64,000 bases of DNA from positions 7,134 to 71,133 of the forward strand of contig CAYNEM010000014.1 of NCBI GenBank assembly GCA_964396265.1, read 5' to 3'. Shown here piece after piece: positions 56,314-64,000 of this stretch (its first letter is position 1; each line of letters begins with the position of its first letter). The notes below the pieces were generated by a model, which did no database searches, was not told where the DNA came from, and saw only the letters and a list, made by a program, of their open reading frames with translations. This stretch comes from an uncultured Methanomassiliicoccales archaeon (GTDB taxonomy: Archaea; Thermoplasmatota; Thermoplasmata; RBG-16-68-12; EA-27). Both the position numbers and the translations under genes were made by a program.

Positions 56314-56946
56314 TCAGAGCTTCGCCGCGAGCGCCTTCACCTGCTGCGACCCGCCCCTCAGGACTGGCCCGCCGTGGCCGAACAGGATCGTCTCGAATTC
56401 GTAGTTCGCGAGCTTCTTGATCGACTGGCGGTGCTGCGCCGGGTCGATGTTGTACTTGTCGCTCATCGGGCCCAGTCCCTTCTCGTTGTTCATCGAGTCG
56501 CCCGCCACGAGGATCTTCCGCTCCGTGTCGAGGAGCGAGAGGTGCCCCGGCGTGTGGCCCGGCGTGTGGATGACGAGGAACCCCTCGTACTTCTGCCCGT
56601 CCTCGAGCCGCACGTCCACGTTGACGGCCTCGTGGCGCTGGGGGCCCGGCGGTCCGGGATACACCTTCGTGCGCGCGACGAAATCCGCGTCGTCCCCGTG
56701 GACGGCGATCTTCGCGCCCGGGGCTCGGGACTTGATCGCCTTCAATCCGAGCACGTGGTCGGGGTGCGTGTGCGTCACGACGACGCTTGTGAGGTCCCCC
56801 GGCGCGCGGCCGTTCTTCCGGAGCCAGTTGAAGATGTCCTTGGCGGTGTCGTCCACGCTGGTGTCGACGAGGACGAGGCGGCCGTCCGTGAACAGCACGC
56901 AGTTCGCGAACGTCTCGATCAGATGGACGCCCTTCGCGATTTCCAT
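56314..56946 (-). CDS. MBL-fold metallo-hydrolase
   Basis: THTHPDH motif and downstream His/Asp ligands. ATG at 56946. Confidence 0.7.
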   Translation of the reverse strand: MEIAKGVHLIETFANCVLFTDGRLVLVDTSVDDTAKDIFNWLRKNGRAPGDLTSVVVTHTHPDHVLGLKAIKSRAPGAKIAVHGDDADFVARTKVYPGPPGPQRHEAVNVDVRLEDGQKYEGFLVIHTPGHTPGHLSLLDTERKILVAGDSMNNEKGLGPMSDKYNIDPAQHRQSIKKLANYEFETILFGHGGPVLRGGSQQVKALAAKL

Positions 56947-57069
56947 GGCTCTCCCCGGCGCGGCATGGGGGAGTCCGGATATGAGCCTTCCCGCGATATC
57001 TTCACGGTCGCCCGTGCCGTCGAGCGGGGTGAACAAGATTTAGGTCGGGGGCCCCCGGCGCCCCTACAT

Positions 57070-58740
57070 TCACCCCCAGCGGTTCCGGTGGAGGTCCAGG
57101 CTCGTCCGCAGCCGCCGGTCCGACAGGAGGTCTCTCTTCCCGCCGTTCGCCATGACCCTCGCCCGGGACCCCGGGCCGCAGTAGCGGTGGATGACAAACG
57201 GGGACGCGTAGAACGGCAGGAGCCACAGGAGGTTGTAGTACAGCCCGACCGGGTTCACGAACGCGAGACCGAAGCTCACGACGATGACGAGGACCACCGT
57301 GCCGCGGCCGACCTGCAGGATCTCGCGCATCGTCATCGGAGGCTCGTCCTTCGGCGTCACGGGGAACCGCCGCGTCCGGTCGATGACGTAGAGAATCATG
57401 GATCGCACCTCGTGCGGCAGCATGATGGACCCGATCGCCCGGCTCAGGATGCGGGCCCGCTCAAACGCCCAGAACCCGAGCCGTACTTGGACCAGCTTCG
57501 CGGCCGCAAACGAGAAGGTGATCGCGGAGAGCACGAGGATGAACCGAAACAGGGGGATCGACCAGATGTACTCGAGCGGCGCGGTCGCCAAGTTCTGGCC
57601 GAACGCCACGAACGCATTGAACGAGGAGACGCGGCCGAACACCGCGAGGAGGATCGCGGCCATGATCGCTACGTATGCGACGTGGCCCCAGGGAATCATG
57701 AGAAGGAGGACCTTCTTGTGCCACGGGATGCGGGCCGGCGGGACGAAGGAGAAGAACTCCATGGAGCCGCGCGTCCACTTGTTCTGCCGCTTCACGAACC
57801 CTCGGACGTTCTCGGGCAGAGCCTCCCAAGAGTGGAGGGGGACGAACGCGGACCCGTGGCCGCGGGATGCGAGGGCGACCGCGGTCGCGAAGTCCTCCGA
57901 GACGTATCGCTCGTCGAACCCGCCGATCTCGAGCACGCGGGCCGTCCGAATGAGCACGTTGTGACCGTAGCACACGACCGTCCCCAGATACCCCGCGAGC
58001 TTCCGCTCCCACTCGTCGTGGCTGAGCAGGTGGGTCGGCGCGAGGGCGCTCGCGAACCTCACGTCCGTGTTCCAGATGTTGATCATGCCCTGGAAGATCG
58101 CGAGGTCCGCGTTGCCCGGGTGCTCCGCGTAACGCAGCGCGTGCGCGACCCAGTCCCGCGGGAACAGGGAGTCCGCGTCGAGGAGGACGAAGTAATCGTA
58201 ATCCTTTCCGTGACGGCGCAACCAGTTGTTGATCGCACCCGCCTTGAACCCCTTCCGGGCGTCCCGGCGGAGGACGCGGAAGCCCATCTCCACCGCCACG
58301 CGATCGACGACCGCGCGCTTCGCGGGGTCCGACGAGTCATCGAGCATGTACACGTCACATGGGTACGTGGGCCGGATCGCACGGGCGCAGTCCGGCACGA
58401 CGTCGTTCATGGTCGTGTACAGGACCGCGACCCTGGGCCGCCGGGGCAGCCGTTCGAGCGCCGGGAGATGGAACGGCGGGAGGACGAGGGAGAGAAGGCG
58501 CTTCGCGAAAGTGAACGCGAAGCTGAACAGGAACACGGTCATGAGGCCGAACTGGACGAGGGACACCGTCTGGGACCAGTTCACGATCGCGAGCGAGAAA
58601 GCGGTAAGGGTTCCGAGCCAGATGGCGGCGACAAGGGCAAAGAACCGGCGTCCGAACGCCCTCTCCCGCGCCTCGCGGACCTCCCGCACGCCCTCTGGCG
58701 GCGGAGCGTGCCGCAAGCGTGGCGCGCCTGGACTCCCCAC
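57070..58740 (-). CDS. Membrane-bound family-2 glycosyltransferase (processive synthase-like)
   Basis: DDS, DAD and QNKWTRG (QxxRW-like) motifs flanked by N- and C-terminal TM bundles. GTG start at 58740 is uncertain. Confidence 0.65.
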   Translation of the reverse strand: MGSPGAPRLRHAPPPEGVREVREARERAFGRRFFALVAAIWLGTLTAFSLAIVNWSQTVSLVQFGLMTVFLFSFAFTFAKRLLSLVLPPFHLPALERLPRRPRVAVLYTTMNDVVPDCARAIRPTYPCDVYMLDDSSDPAKRAVVDRVAVEMGFRVLRRDARKGFKAGAINNWLRRHGKDYDYFVLLDADSLFPRDWVAHALRYAEHPGNADLAIFQGMINIWNTDVRFASALAPTHLLSHDEWERKLAGYLGTVVCYGHNVLIRTARVLEIGGFDERYVSEDFATAVALASRGHGSAFVPLHSWEALPENVRGFVKRQNKWTRGSMEFFSFVPPARIPWHKKVLLLMIPWGHVAYVAIMAAILLAVFGRVSSFNAFVAFGQNLATAPLEYIWSIPLFRFILVLSAITFSFAAAKLVQVRLGFWAFERARILSRAIGSIMLPHEVRSMILYVIDRTRRFPVTPKDEPPMTMREILQVGRGTVVLVIVVSFGLAFVNPVGLYYNLLWLLPFYASPFVIHRYCGPGSRARVMANGGKRDLLSDRRLRTSLDLHRNRWG

Positions 58741-58861
58741 GACCTCTCCCCGGGAGATGCGTTCGCTACCGACGGCTTAACCTTTGTGGCGCAGGATTCG
58801 GCCGCCCGGAGCCGCGAGGCCGCAACGGTCAAATCCCCGCGCCGATGTTCGCCCGTCGACG

Positions 58862-59614
58862 ATGGCCACCCGTCTGTTCTTCTGGCGGCGCGAGGCGGAG
58901 GATGCCGCCAGCGATGAGGCGCACGCGAAGCCCGGCCTCCTCTCCGACTTCATCCTCGGGAGCCAGGACGGCCTCGTGAACGTCCTCGGCGTGATCCTCG
59001 GCGTCGCGATCGCATCGCAGGAGATCCGGGTCATCCTTGCCGGGGGCCTCGCCGCCACCTTCGCGGAGTCGATCTCGATGGGCGCGGTCGCGTACACCAC
59101 GACGCTCGCGCGGCGGGACCACTACCAGAGCGAGGTCGAGCGCGAACGGCGGGAGATGGTGGAGCTTCCGGACGTGGAGCGCGAGGAAGTGCGCAAGGTC
59201 TTCGAGGAATGGGGGTACGAGGGACGGGACCTGGAAGACCTCACGGACAAGATCGTCTCGAACCCGAAGGCGTGGCTCGAGTTCATGATGGCGCACGAGC
59301 TGAAGCTCGCCCCCGTGGACAAGACGCAGGCGCGGAAGAGCGCGCTCCTCGTCGGCGTTGCGGCGATCGTGGGCTCCATCATCCCGCTCCTCCCGTTCCT
59401 CGCGTACGGAGGCACGGCGACGCAGAGCGAGATTTTCATGGGTATCCTCGTCTCCATGGTCCTGAGCGCCGTCACCCTGTTCCTGATCGGCTGGTACAAG
59501 GGAAAGGCGACGATCGGCCGCCCGTTCCGCAGCGGGACGCAGATGGTCGTCATCGGCATCGTGAGCGCCCTTGCCGGCTTCGGCATCGCGTACCTCGTCG
59601 GCGGCATGCCCTGA
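58862..59614 (+). CDS. VIT1/CCC1-family iron/manganese transporter
   Basis: DGLV..LG motif in TM1. Cytoplasmic acidic metal-binding helix region (EVERERREMVELPDVEREEV). 5 TM helices. ATG at 58862. Confidence 0.7.
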   Translation: MATRLFFWRREAEDAASDEAHAKPGLLSDFILGSQDGLVNVLGVILGVAIASQEIRVILAGGLAATFAESISMGAVAYTTTLARRDHYQSEVERERREMVELPDVEREEVRKVFEEWGYEGRDLEDLTDKIVSNPKAWLEFMMAHELKLAPVDKTQARKSALLVGVAAIVGSIIPLLPFLAYGGTATQSEIFMGILVSMVLSAVTLFLIGWYKGKATIGRPFRSGTQMVVIGIVSALAGFGIAYLVGGMP

Positions 59615-59669
59615 GGCACCCTTAAGCGCGGGCGTGCGATTCGACGGCGCTGTGCCCCACGACATCCGC

Positions 59670-60512
59670 ATGGGCATCCGCGTCCGCGCGACGAAGGACC
59701 GTGTGTTCGAGCATCTGTTGACGCCCCACCACCTCGCCCGCTGGTGGTGCAGTTTCGCGCAGGTCTCCCCGAAACCCGGGGGCGCGTTCAACTTCGGCGG
59801 CGACTACTGCATCGTGCCGCCGGAGGGCCACGCGCACAAATGCGTCTTCACGGGGGGCGAGGTCCGGAAGAGCGTCACGTTCACCTGGCCCCTGTTCGGC
59901 GCGGACACCACCGCCAGATGGTCCGTCGAGGAGGAGGGCGAGACGTCGCGCTTCTCTCTCATCCACGCGGGCATCGCGAAGGCCGAGGGACCGTGCGGTA
60001 CGATCCTCGACGCGTACCGCGTGTGCCTCGGGAACCTGAAGGCGGTCTGCGAGAACCGTGGGGACTCGCTGCGCCCCGAGTACGCTCCCCCGGCAGAGAA
60101 GGAGGTTCGTCTTGTGATCCTCATCGACGTCGCGCCGGAGAAGGTCTTCGAGGCGCTGGCGGCACGGGACCATCTTGAGAGGTGGGCGACGCGCGGCGAG
60201 GCGGCGGACGTCGACCTCCGCCCGGGAGGGCGATACGCGTGGGGCTCCACGGTCGCATCCGTCCTGGCGGTGGAACCCGGCCGAAAGCTGTCGGTCGCGT
60301 GGCCCGGAAGGGGCACCGCCACCTTTGACCTCGAGCCCAAGGCGAGCGGCACGGGCGTCTACTTCCGCCACGAGGGCCTCTCCGAAGACGCACAGGAATT
60401 CCGCAACCTCCGCGGCCGGTGGTCCTCCCTCCTCGTGGACCTGAAGAACTACCTAGAGGCCGGCGAGGTCGGCTTCCTCGAGTCCTACGACGAGCAGCGG
60501 TCCGAATCTTGA
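59670..60512 (+). CDS. Tandem SRPBCC (Aha1/BPI-fold START-like) domain protein
   Basis: Two AHSA1-like repeats (DRVFEHLLTPHHLARWW and EKVFEALAARDHLERWA). ATG at 59670. Confidence 0.5.
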   Translation: MGIRVRATKDRVFEHLLTPHHLARWWCSFAQVSPKPGGAFNFGGDYCIVPPEGHAHKCVFTGGEVRKSVTFTWPLFGADTTARWSVEEEGETSRFSLIHAGIAKAEGPCGTILDAYRVCLGNLKAVCENRGDSLRPEYAPPAEKEVRLVILIDVAPEKVFEALAARDHLERWATRGEAADVDLRPGGRYAWGSTVASVLAVEPGRKLSVAWPGRGTATFDLEPKASGTGVYFRHEGLSEDAQEFRNLRGRWSSLLVDLKNYLEAGEVGFLESYDEQRSES

Positions 60513-60547
60513 TAGGGCATCGCGGCCCTTGGCTCGGCGGGAGTCCC

Positions 60548-61105
60548 ATGGCGCGAATCAAGACGAAGGACGTGCGGGAAGCCGAGGGTCCGCTGAAGGA
60601 GGTGTACGAGGAGGTCGCGAAGAAGCGCGGCAGCGTCGCGAACGTGTTCCAGGCGGAAAGCCTGAACCCCTTCGTGATGCGGTCTCACCTCGACCTCTAC
60701 ATGAAGATCATGTACGGGAAGTCCGGCCTCTCGCGTCGGGAGCGAGAGATGATCGCGGTGATCGTGTCGAGCACGAACGGGTGCACGTACTGCACGACGC
60801 ATCACTCGGAGGCGCTGGCCTCGCAACTCAAGGACAACGCGGCCGTCGAAGCGATCCGACGCGACTACCTCACCGCTCCGATCACCCCGAAGGAGCGCGT
60901 CATGCTTGGGTACGCGGTGAAGCTCACGAGGATCCCGAACGGCGTCACGGATGCGGACGTCCAGAAACTCCGCGACGCTGGGCTCGCGGAGGGGGACATC
61001 CTCGACGCGACGTTCACGGCGGCGTACTTCAATTTCGTGAACCGACTCGTGCTCGGCCTCGGTGTCGAACTTGAGGGGGACGCGGAGCGGGTTTACAAGT
61101 ACTAG
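60548..61105 (+). CDS. Carboxymuconolactone decarboxylase/AhpD-like peroxidase-related enzyme
   Basis: TNGCTYCTTHH core (CxxC..H) of the CMD/AhpD fold. ATG at 60548. Confidence 0.6.
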   Translation: MARIKTKDVREAEGPLKEVYEEVAKKRGSVANVFQAESLNPFVMRSHLDLYMKIMYGKSGLSRREREMIAVIVSSTNGCTYCTTHHSEALASQLKDNAAVEAIRRDYLTAPITPKERVMLGYAVKLTRIPNGVTDADVQKLRDAGLAEGDILDATFTAAYFNFVNRLVLGLGVELEGDAERVYKY

Positions 61106-61116
61106 CCACAGCCCGA

Positions 61117-61692
61117 CTAACCGGAAGCGTCGTATGCTCGCCGGATCCACGCGACGAGTTCCTTGTCGACCTCGCTCTTACTGACGAGGTAGACCTTGTA
61201 TTGGCACATCCCGCCGGGGGGCAACGAAACGAGGCGGGGTGTGGCCTTCACGTCCTTCATGTTGAGGCCCACCTCAAGCCGCGACTTCGTTCCCGGACCG
61301 ACCATGGCGAATTGCTTCTTGCGTCGGAGGCTCACGTAACCCTTCTTGGGAACCGTCTCAAAGGGGCCGAACGCGCGGATTGCCATCATCACGGCGTCGT
61401 GAACCGGCCGGAGAGCGGCCTTGTTCCCCGAGTATGTCTCGGCGGCGATGTCCCCGATCGAGGCCGAGCTAGCTTTGGCGGCGCTTTGACCGTCGGAGCT
61501 GAGGGCGAAATGGACGAGGCTGTTCGCATCGCCGTACCCGAGGCCGTACTTCCCCATGATCATCGTCCGGATCTCGCCGTGCTTCGAGAGACCGCTGGCG
61601 GCGATTGTGGATCGAAATTCCGCGAGGGACTTCCCGGTCTTCGCCTCGATGTTCCGGAGCTGCGTGTCGCGGGCCTGGTCCAAGCTGCCCAT
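61117..61692 (-). CDS. DUF4287/DUF5655 two-domain protein
   Basis: N-terminal NIEAKTGKSLAEFRSTIAASGLSKHGEI..L..KYGLGYGDAN matches DUF4287. C-terminal beta-rich DUF5655-like region. ATG at 61692. The upstream ORF part is R/G-rich. Confidence 0.5.
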   Translation of the reverse strand: MGSLDQARDTQLRNIEAKTGKSLAEFRSTIAASGLSKHGEIRTMIMGKYGLGYGDANSLVHFALSSDGQSAAKASSASIGDIAAETYSGNKAALRPVHDAVMMAIRAFGPFETVPKKGYVSLRRKKQFAMVGPGTKSRLEVGLNMKDVKATPRLVSLPPGGMCQYKVYLVSKSEVDKELVAWIRRAYDASG

Positions 61693-61697
61693 CGGGT

Positions 61698-62117
61698 TCA
61701 CCGCGCGCGCATGCGGTTGTTCTTCGGGTTGTGCTCGACTTCCGCGAGCCCGAGTGCTTCCATCACCGGCGGCACGTAGTTCCCGAAGCGGCCGCGGAGC
61801 CCCTTCTTCAGGCCGTACCAGCCCTTGACGGGGTTCTTCGGCGAACGCGCCCACGACTCGACGGTTCCCTCCGCCGCGGGCTTCTGCTCGTCCGCGTTCC
61901 CCAGCGCCATCCAATCCCCGTGCGCCTTCAGCATCGTCTGCAGGTCCGTCAGACATCGCAGCTGGTAGCGAACTTCGGTCGACCCGACCTGACACACCAA
62001 CGCGGGCGGATTCGACGCCTCGTCGCGGAAGGCCTGGTACTCCGATCCCCCGCTCGGCGTCTTCACGACCCACGGCTCCTCCCTCGTGCCCGCGCCCTTG
62101 ACGTTCGCTCTTGCCAT
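61698..62117 (-). CDS. Hypothetical protein
   Basis: ATG at 62117 (MARANVKG). 140 aa. No recognised domain. Confidence 0.35.
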   Translation of the reverse strand: MARANVKGAGTREEPWVVKTPSGGSEYQAFRDEASNPPALVCQVGSTEVRYQLRCLTDLQTMLKAHGDWMALGNADEQKPAAEGTVESWARSPKNPVKGWYGLKKGLRGRFGNYVPPVMEALGLAEVEHNPKNNRMRAR

Positions 62118-62217
62118 CCTCTGCCTCCCCGGAATGAAGGATAGGGGAAGCAGCCGCGGGAATATCAAGATACCGTCCGAGGCGTCCGCGTCACAGCCCA
62201 ACCCGTCCGGAACCCTT

Positions 62218-62583
62218 TCAGGCCTTTCGCCGCGACTTGGGCTTCTTGGCCCCCTTCTTCGGCAGGGACGACGCGTACGCCACTCCGCGCGCGACCCAAT
62301 CCCGCAGAGCCGCCTCGCTCCGGTAGCCAGGAGGCACCACGAGCAACCATCCGTCCATGCCCCCGCGGCCGCTCAGGTTGAACGGCTTCGCCCCGGGCTC
62401 GCGGAGCAGAGCGTTCGTCTGGGATGGCTCCACCCGAACGATGAGATCGTCTCGGTAGACGCCGACGCGCATGTTGCCCTCGAGGAGGAAGGCGATGCCG
62501 CCGAACATCTCCTTCTCCCTGAGGCCCGAGCGACCGGCGAGCACGCCGCGGACGCGATCAGCCTGTGGCCTCGAATAGGTCAA
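62218..62583 (-). CDS. TfoX N-terminal domain protein with Lys-rich C-terminal tail
   Basis: EKEMFGGIAFLLEGNMRVGVYRDDLIVRV...PF....GRGGMDGWLLVVP matches the TfoX_N (Sxy N-domain) pattern. Start approximate (TTG about 62583). The longer ORF would overlap the CDF gene. Confidence 0.5.
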   Translation of the reverse strand: MTYSRPQADRVRGVLAGRSGLREKEMFGGIAFLLEGNMRVGVYRDDLIVRVEPSQTNALLREPGAKPFNLSGRGGMDGWLLVVPPGYRSEAALRDWVARGVAYASSLPKKGAKKPKSRRKA

Positions 62584-62653
62584 CGGAATCGGCAGGAAGC
62601 GCGGGTTCAAGAAGCTTGGCGCCCGGGGAAATGTACCTGCCTTGCTGGCGATC

Positions 62654-63541
62654 CTACGAGGCGTGGGTTTCGTCGAGCGTTTGCGTGTGGCGGTCGGGTT
62701 CCGTATGAACGACGACCTCGGCGACGTTCGGCACGCGGTTCCTGATCGCTTGCTCCACGGCATGGGCCGCCGCGTGGGCGGCTTCCAGGGTCATTTGCGG
62801 AGAGAGGTGGATCACAAGGTCCACGAGAATCTGTTGGCCGGATTGTCGGCTTCGCACGCTGTGAACCTCCTCCACGCCGGAGACGCCCTCGGCGGCCTCG
62901 CGCAGCTCGCGATGAAGATCGTCTGCGGGCGCAGCGTCGACGAGGACGCGCAGATTCTTCCGTCCCAGGAAGTACGCCGCCACGAGGAAGGTGACCGCGA
63001 TCGCCACCGCCCCGACGAGGTCCATGACCGGGTACCCCGCGTACGCCGCCCCGACGCCGACGATGACCCCGACCTTACCGAGGGCGTCCGTCCCGAAGTG
63101 GTACGAGTCGGCCTCGAGCGCGGAGCTTCGAAGCGCCTTCCCCCGACGGGCGATGTACAGGAACAGAAGGACGTCCACGGCGATCGTCCCAAGGATGACC
63201 GCGAGGACGAGCGGTGTGACCCCGACCCGGAACCCCGAAAGATAGCGACGGATCGCTTCCTGGATGATCGCGACGCCGATGATCGCGATCAGGACGAACT
63301 GGATGAGGGCCGCCGCGTTCTCGTAGCGGCCGTATCCGTACGCATGGCGGCGGTCCGCGGCCCGCAGGGCCATCCGGATGCCCGCGAGGGCGATGAGGGA
63401 TCCCACGAGGTCCACGCCGGAGTGGAACGCGTCCGCGAGCACGGACAGGCTGCCCGTGAGCCATGCGAGGGCCAGCTCGACGGAGACGAGGGACCCATTC
63501 GCCGAAATCGAGAGGGCTGCCACCCGCACCTTCGGATGCAC
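62654..63541 (-). CDS. Cation diffusion facilitator (CDF) family divalent-metal efflux transporter
   Basis: GSLSVLADAFHSGVD signature and 6 TM helices. C-terminal cytoplasmic domain has HxxxH/D ligands. GTG start at 63541. Confidence 0.8.
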   Translation of the reverse strand: MHPKVRVAALSISANGSLVSVELALAWLTGSLSVLADAFHSGVDLVGSLIALAGIRMALRAADRRHAYGYGRYENAAALIQFVLIAIIGVAIIQEAIRRYLSGFRVGVTPLVLAVILGTIAVDVLLFLYIARRGKALRSSALEADSYHFGTDALGKVGVIVGVGAAYAGYPVMDLVGAVAIAVTFLVAAYFLGRKNLRVLVDAAPADDLHRELREAAEGVSGVEEVHSVRSRQSGQQILVDLVIHLSPQMTLEAAHAAAHAVEQAIRNRVPNVAEVVVHTEPDRHTQTLDETHAS

Positions 63542-63608
63542 ACGGTCTGGATTCCGTCCTCCGTATGAACCTTTCCCAGCGGCCTATCGGATCCCGAGGA
63601 CGCAGTAC

Positions 63609-63720
63609 GACGACGGTCAAGCCGGAGACGTTGACGACGGTCAGGTTGGCGACGCCGACGACGGTCAAGCCGGAGATGCCGACGACGGACAAGCTGGCGA
63701 CGCCGACGACGGCGAGCAAC
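63609..63720. repeat. Tandem 24-bp repeat, 4.6 copies (GACGACGGTCAAGCCGGAGACGTT-like units)
   Basis: Units at 63609, 63633, 63657 and 63681, plus a partial unit at 63705. Lies about 70 bp upstream of the CDF start. Followed by a T-rich tract (TTTCCTTTTTTTCCTTTCC) near 63775-63800. Confidence 0.7.
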
Positions 63721-64000
63721 CGTGAAACCAGACACGGTGCATCGACCTTAATCCGGCGGCTTTCGGGTCGCCGGTCTTTCCTTTTTTTCCTTTCCTGGAC
63801 GACCGGGAGTGACTCATCGACGACGGACCTCCCTTCGCATCACCACCTTACTTGTACCGAGAGGACCGACCGGACGGAATCCCACGCTCGCGAACATTGA
63901 TTCAGTTCCACTCCACAAGAATGAACCCGAGGCAGGTTTCCCTCGGGTGACGATTGGATAACTGTCGACCGTCCCGCCCTCCTCGGCGGCGATGAAGCGA

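Noticed and set aside
63378-63900. ORFs 63378-63725 and 63463-63900 spanning the tandem repeat
   Set aside because: Both overlap the CDF gene on the opposite strand at their 5' ends, and neither has an in-frame canonical start after the CDF start. Treated as a repeat of uncertain coding status rather than called as genes.
1-64000. CRISPR arrays, integrases or transposases, prophage blocks
   Set aside because: No direct-repeat/spacer periodicity, no tyrosine/serine recombinase or DDE transposase-like ORFs, and the tail-tube-like gene is isolated. The window looks like core chromosome.

Overview
This is a high-GC, almost fully coding 64-kb stretch of an archaeal chromosome. The archaeal call rests on gatD/gatE, a PriS-type primase core, RPA plus an RPA-associated protein, KaiC-like ATPases, Thi4, a TrmB regulator and leaderless TATA-box promoters. 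It is probably an uncultured euryarchaeon, possibly Thermoplasmatota-like, but I cannot confirm that without searches. The window holds about 65 genes with no rRNA, tRNA, CRISPR array, integrase or transposase that I could recognise. The main blocks are: (i) an envelope thiol-redox and secreted-protein cluster (Trx-CcdA fusion, CARDB protein, large CGPC-domain secreted protein); (ii) ogt, a small ORF and a minimal PriS-like primase with overlapping start/stop codons (ATGA); (iii) sulfur and iron genes, with a DtxR-family repressor divergent from an FTR1 permease and a perfect 16-bp palindrome between them; (iv) a 1130-aa membrane-spanning protein with Ig-like/PKD extracellular domains and two cytoplasmic wHTH domains; (v) gatD, a triply frameshifted GGCT pseudogene, GNAT genes and gatE; (vi) a candidate peptide-processing cassette, with a 30-aa cysteine-rich ORF plus hairpin upstream of two HExxH metallohydrolases; (vii) an rpa, small-ORF, rpap operon; (viii) a degenerate plus intact KaiC-like ATPase pair next to a lone, signal-peptide-bearing phage tail-tube (gp19/Afp1-like) protein; (ix) purC, ilvE, sucCD; (x) two tandem type-IA topoisomerase paralogs flanking ridA, each preceded by an identical TATA element; (xi) metal and redox housekeeping genes (SQR-like, DUF1326, MBL hydrolase, GT2, VIT1, CDF). 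The window ends with a 24-bp tandem repeat. All calls come from reading translations and motifs by eye, so starts marked approximate and family assignments need HMM or BLAST confirmation.
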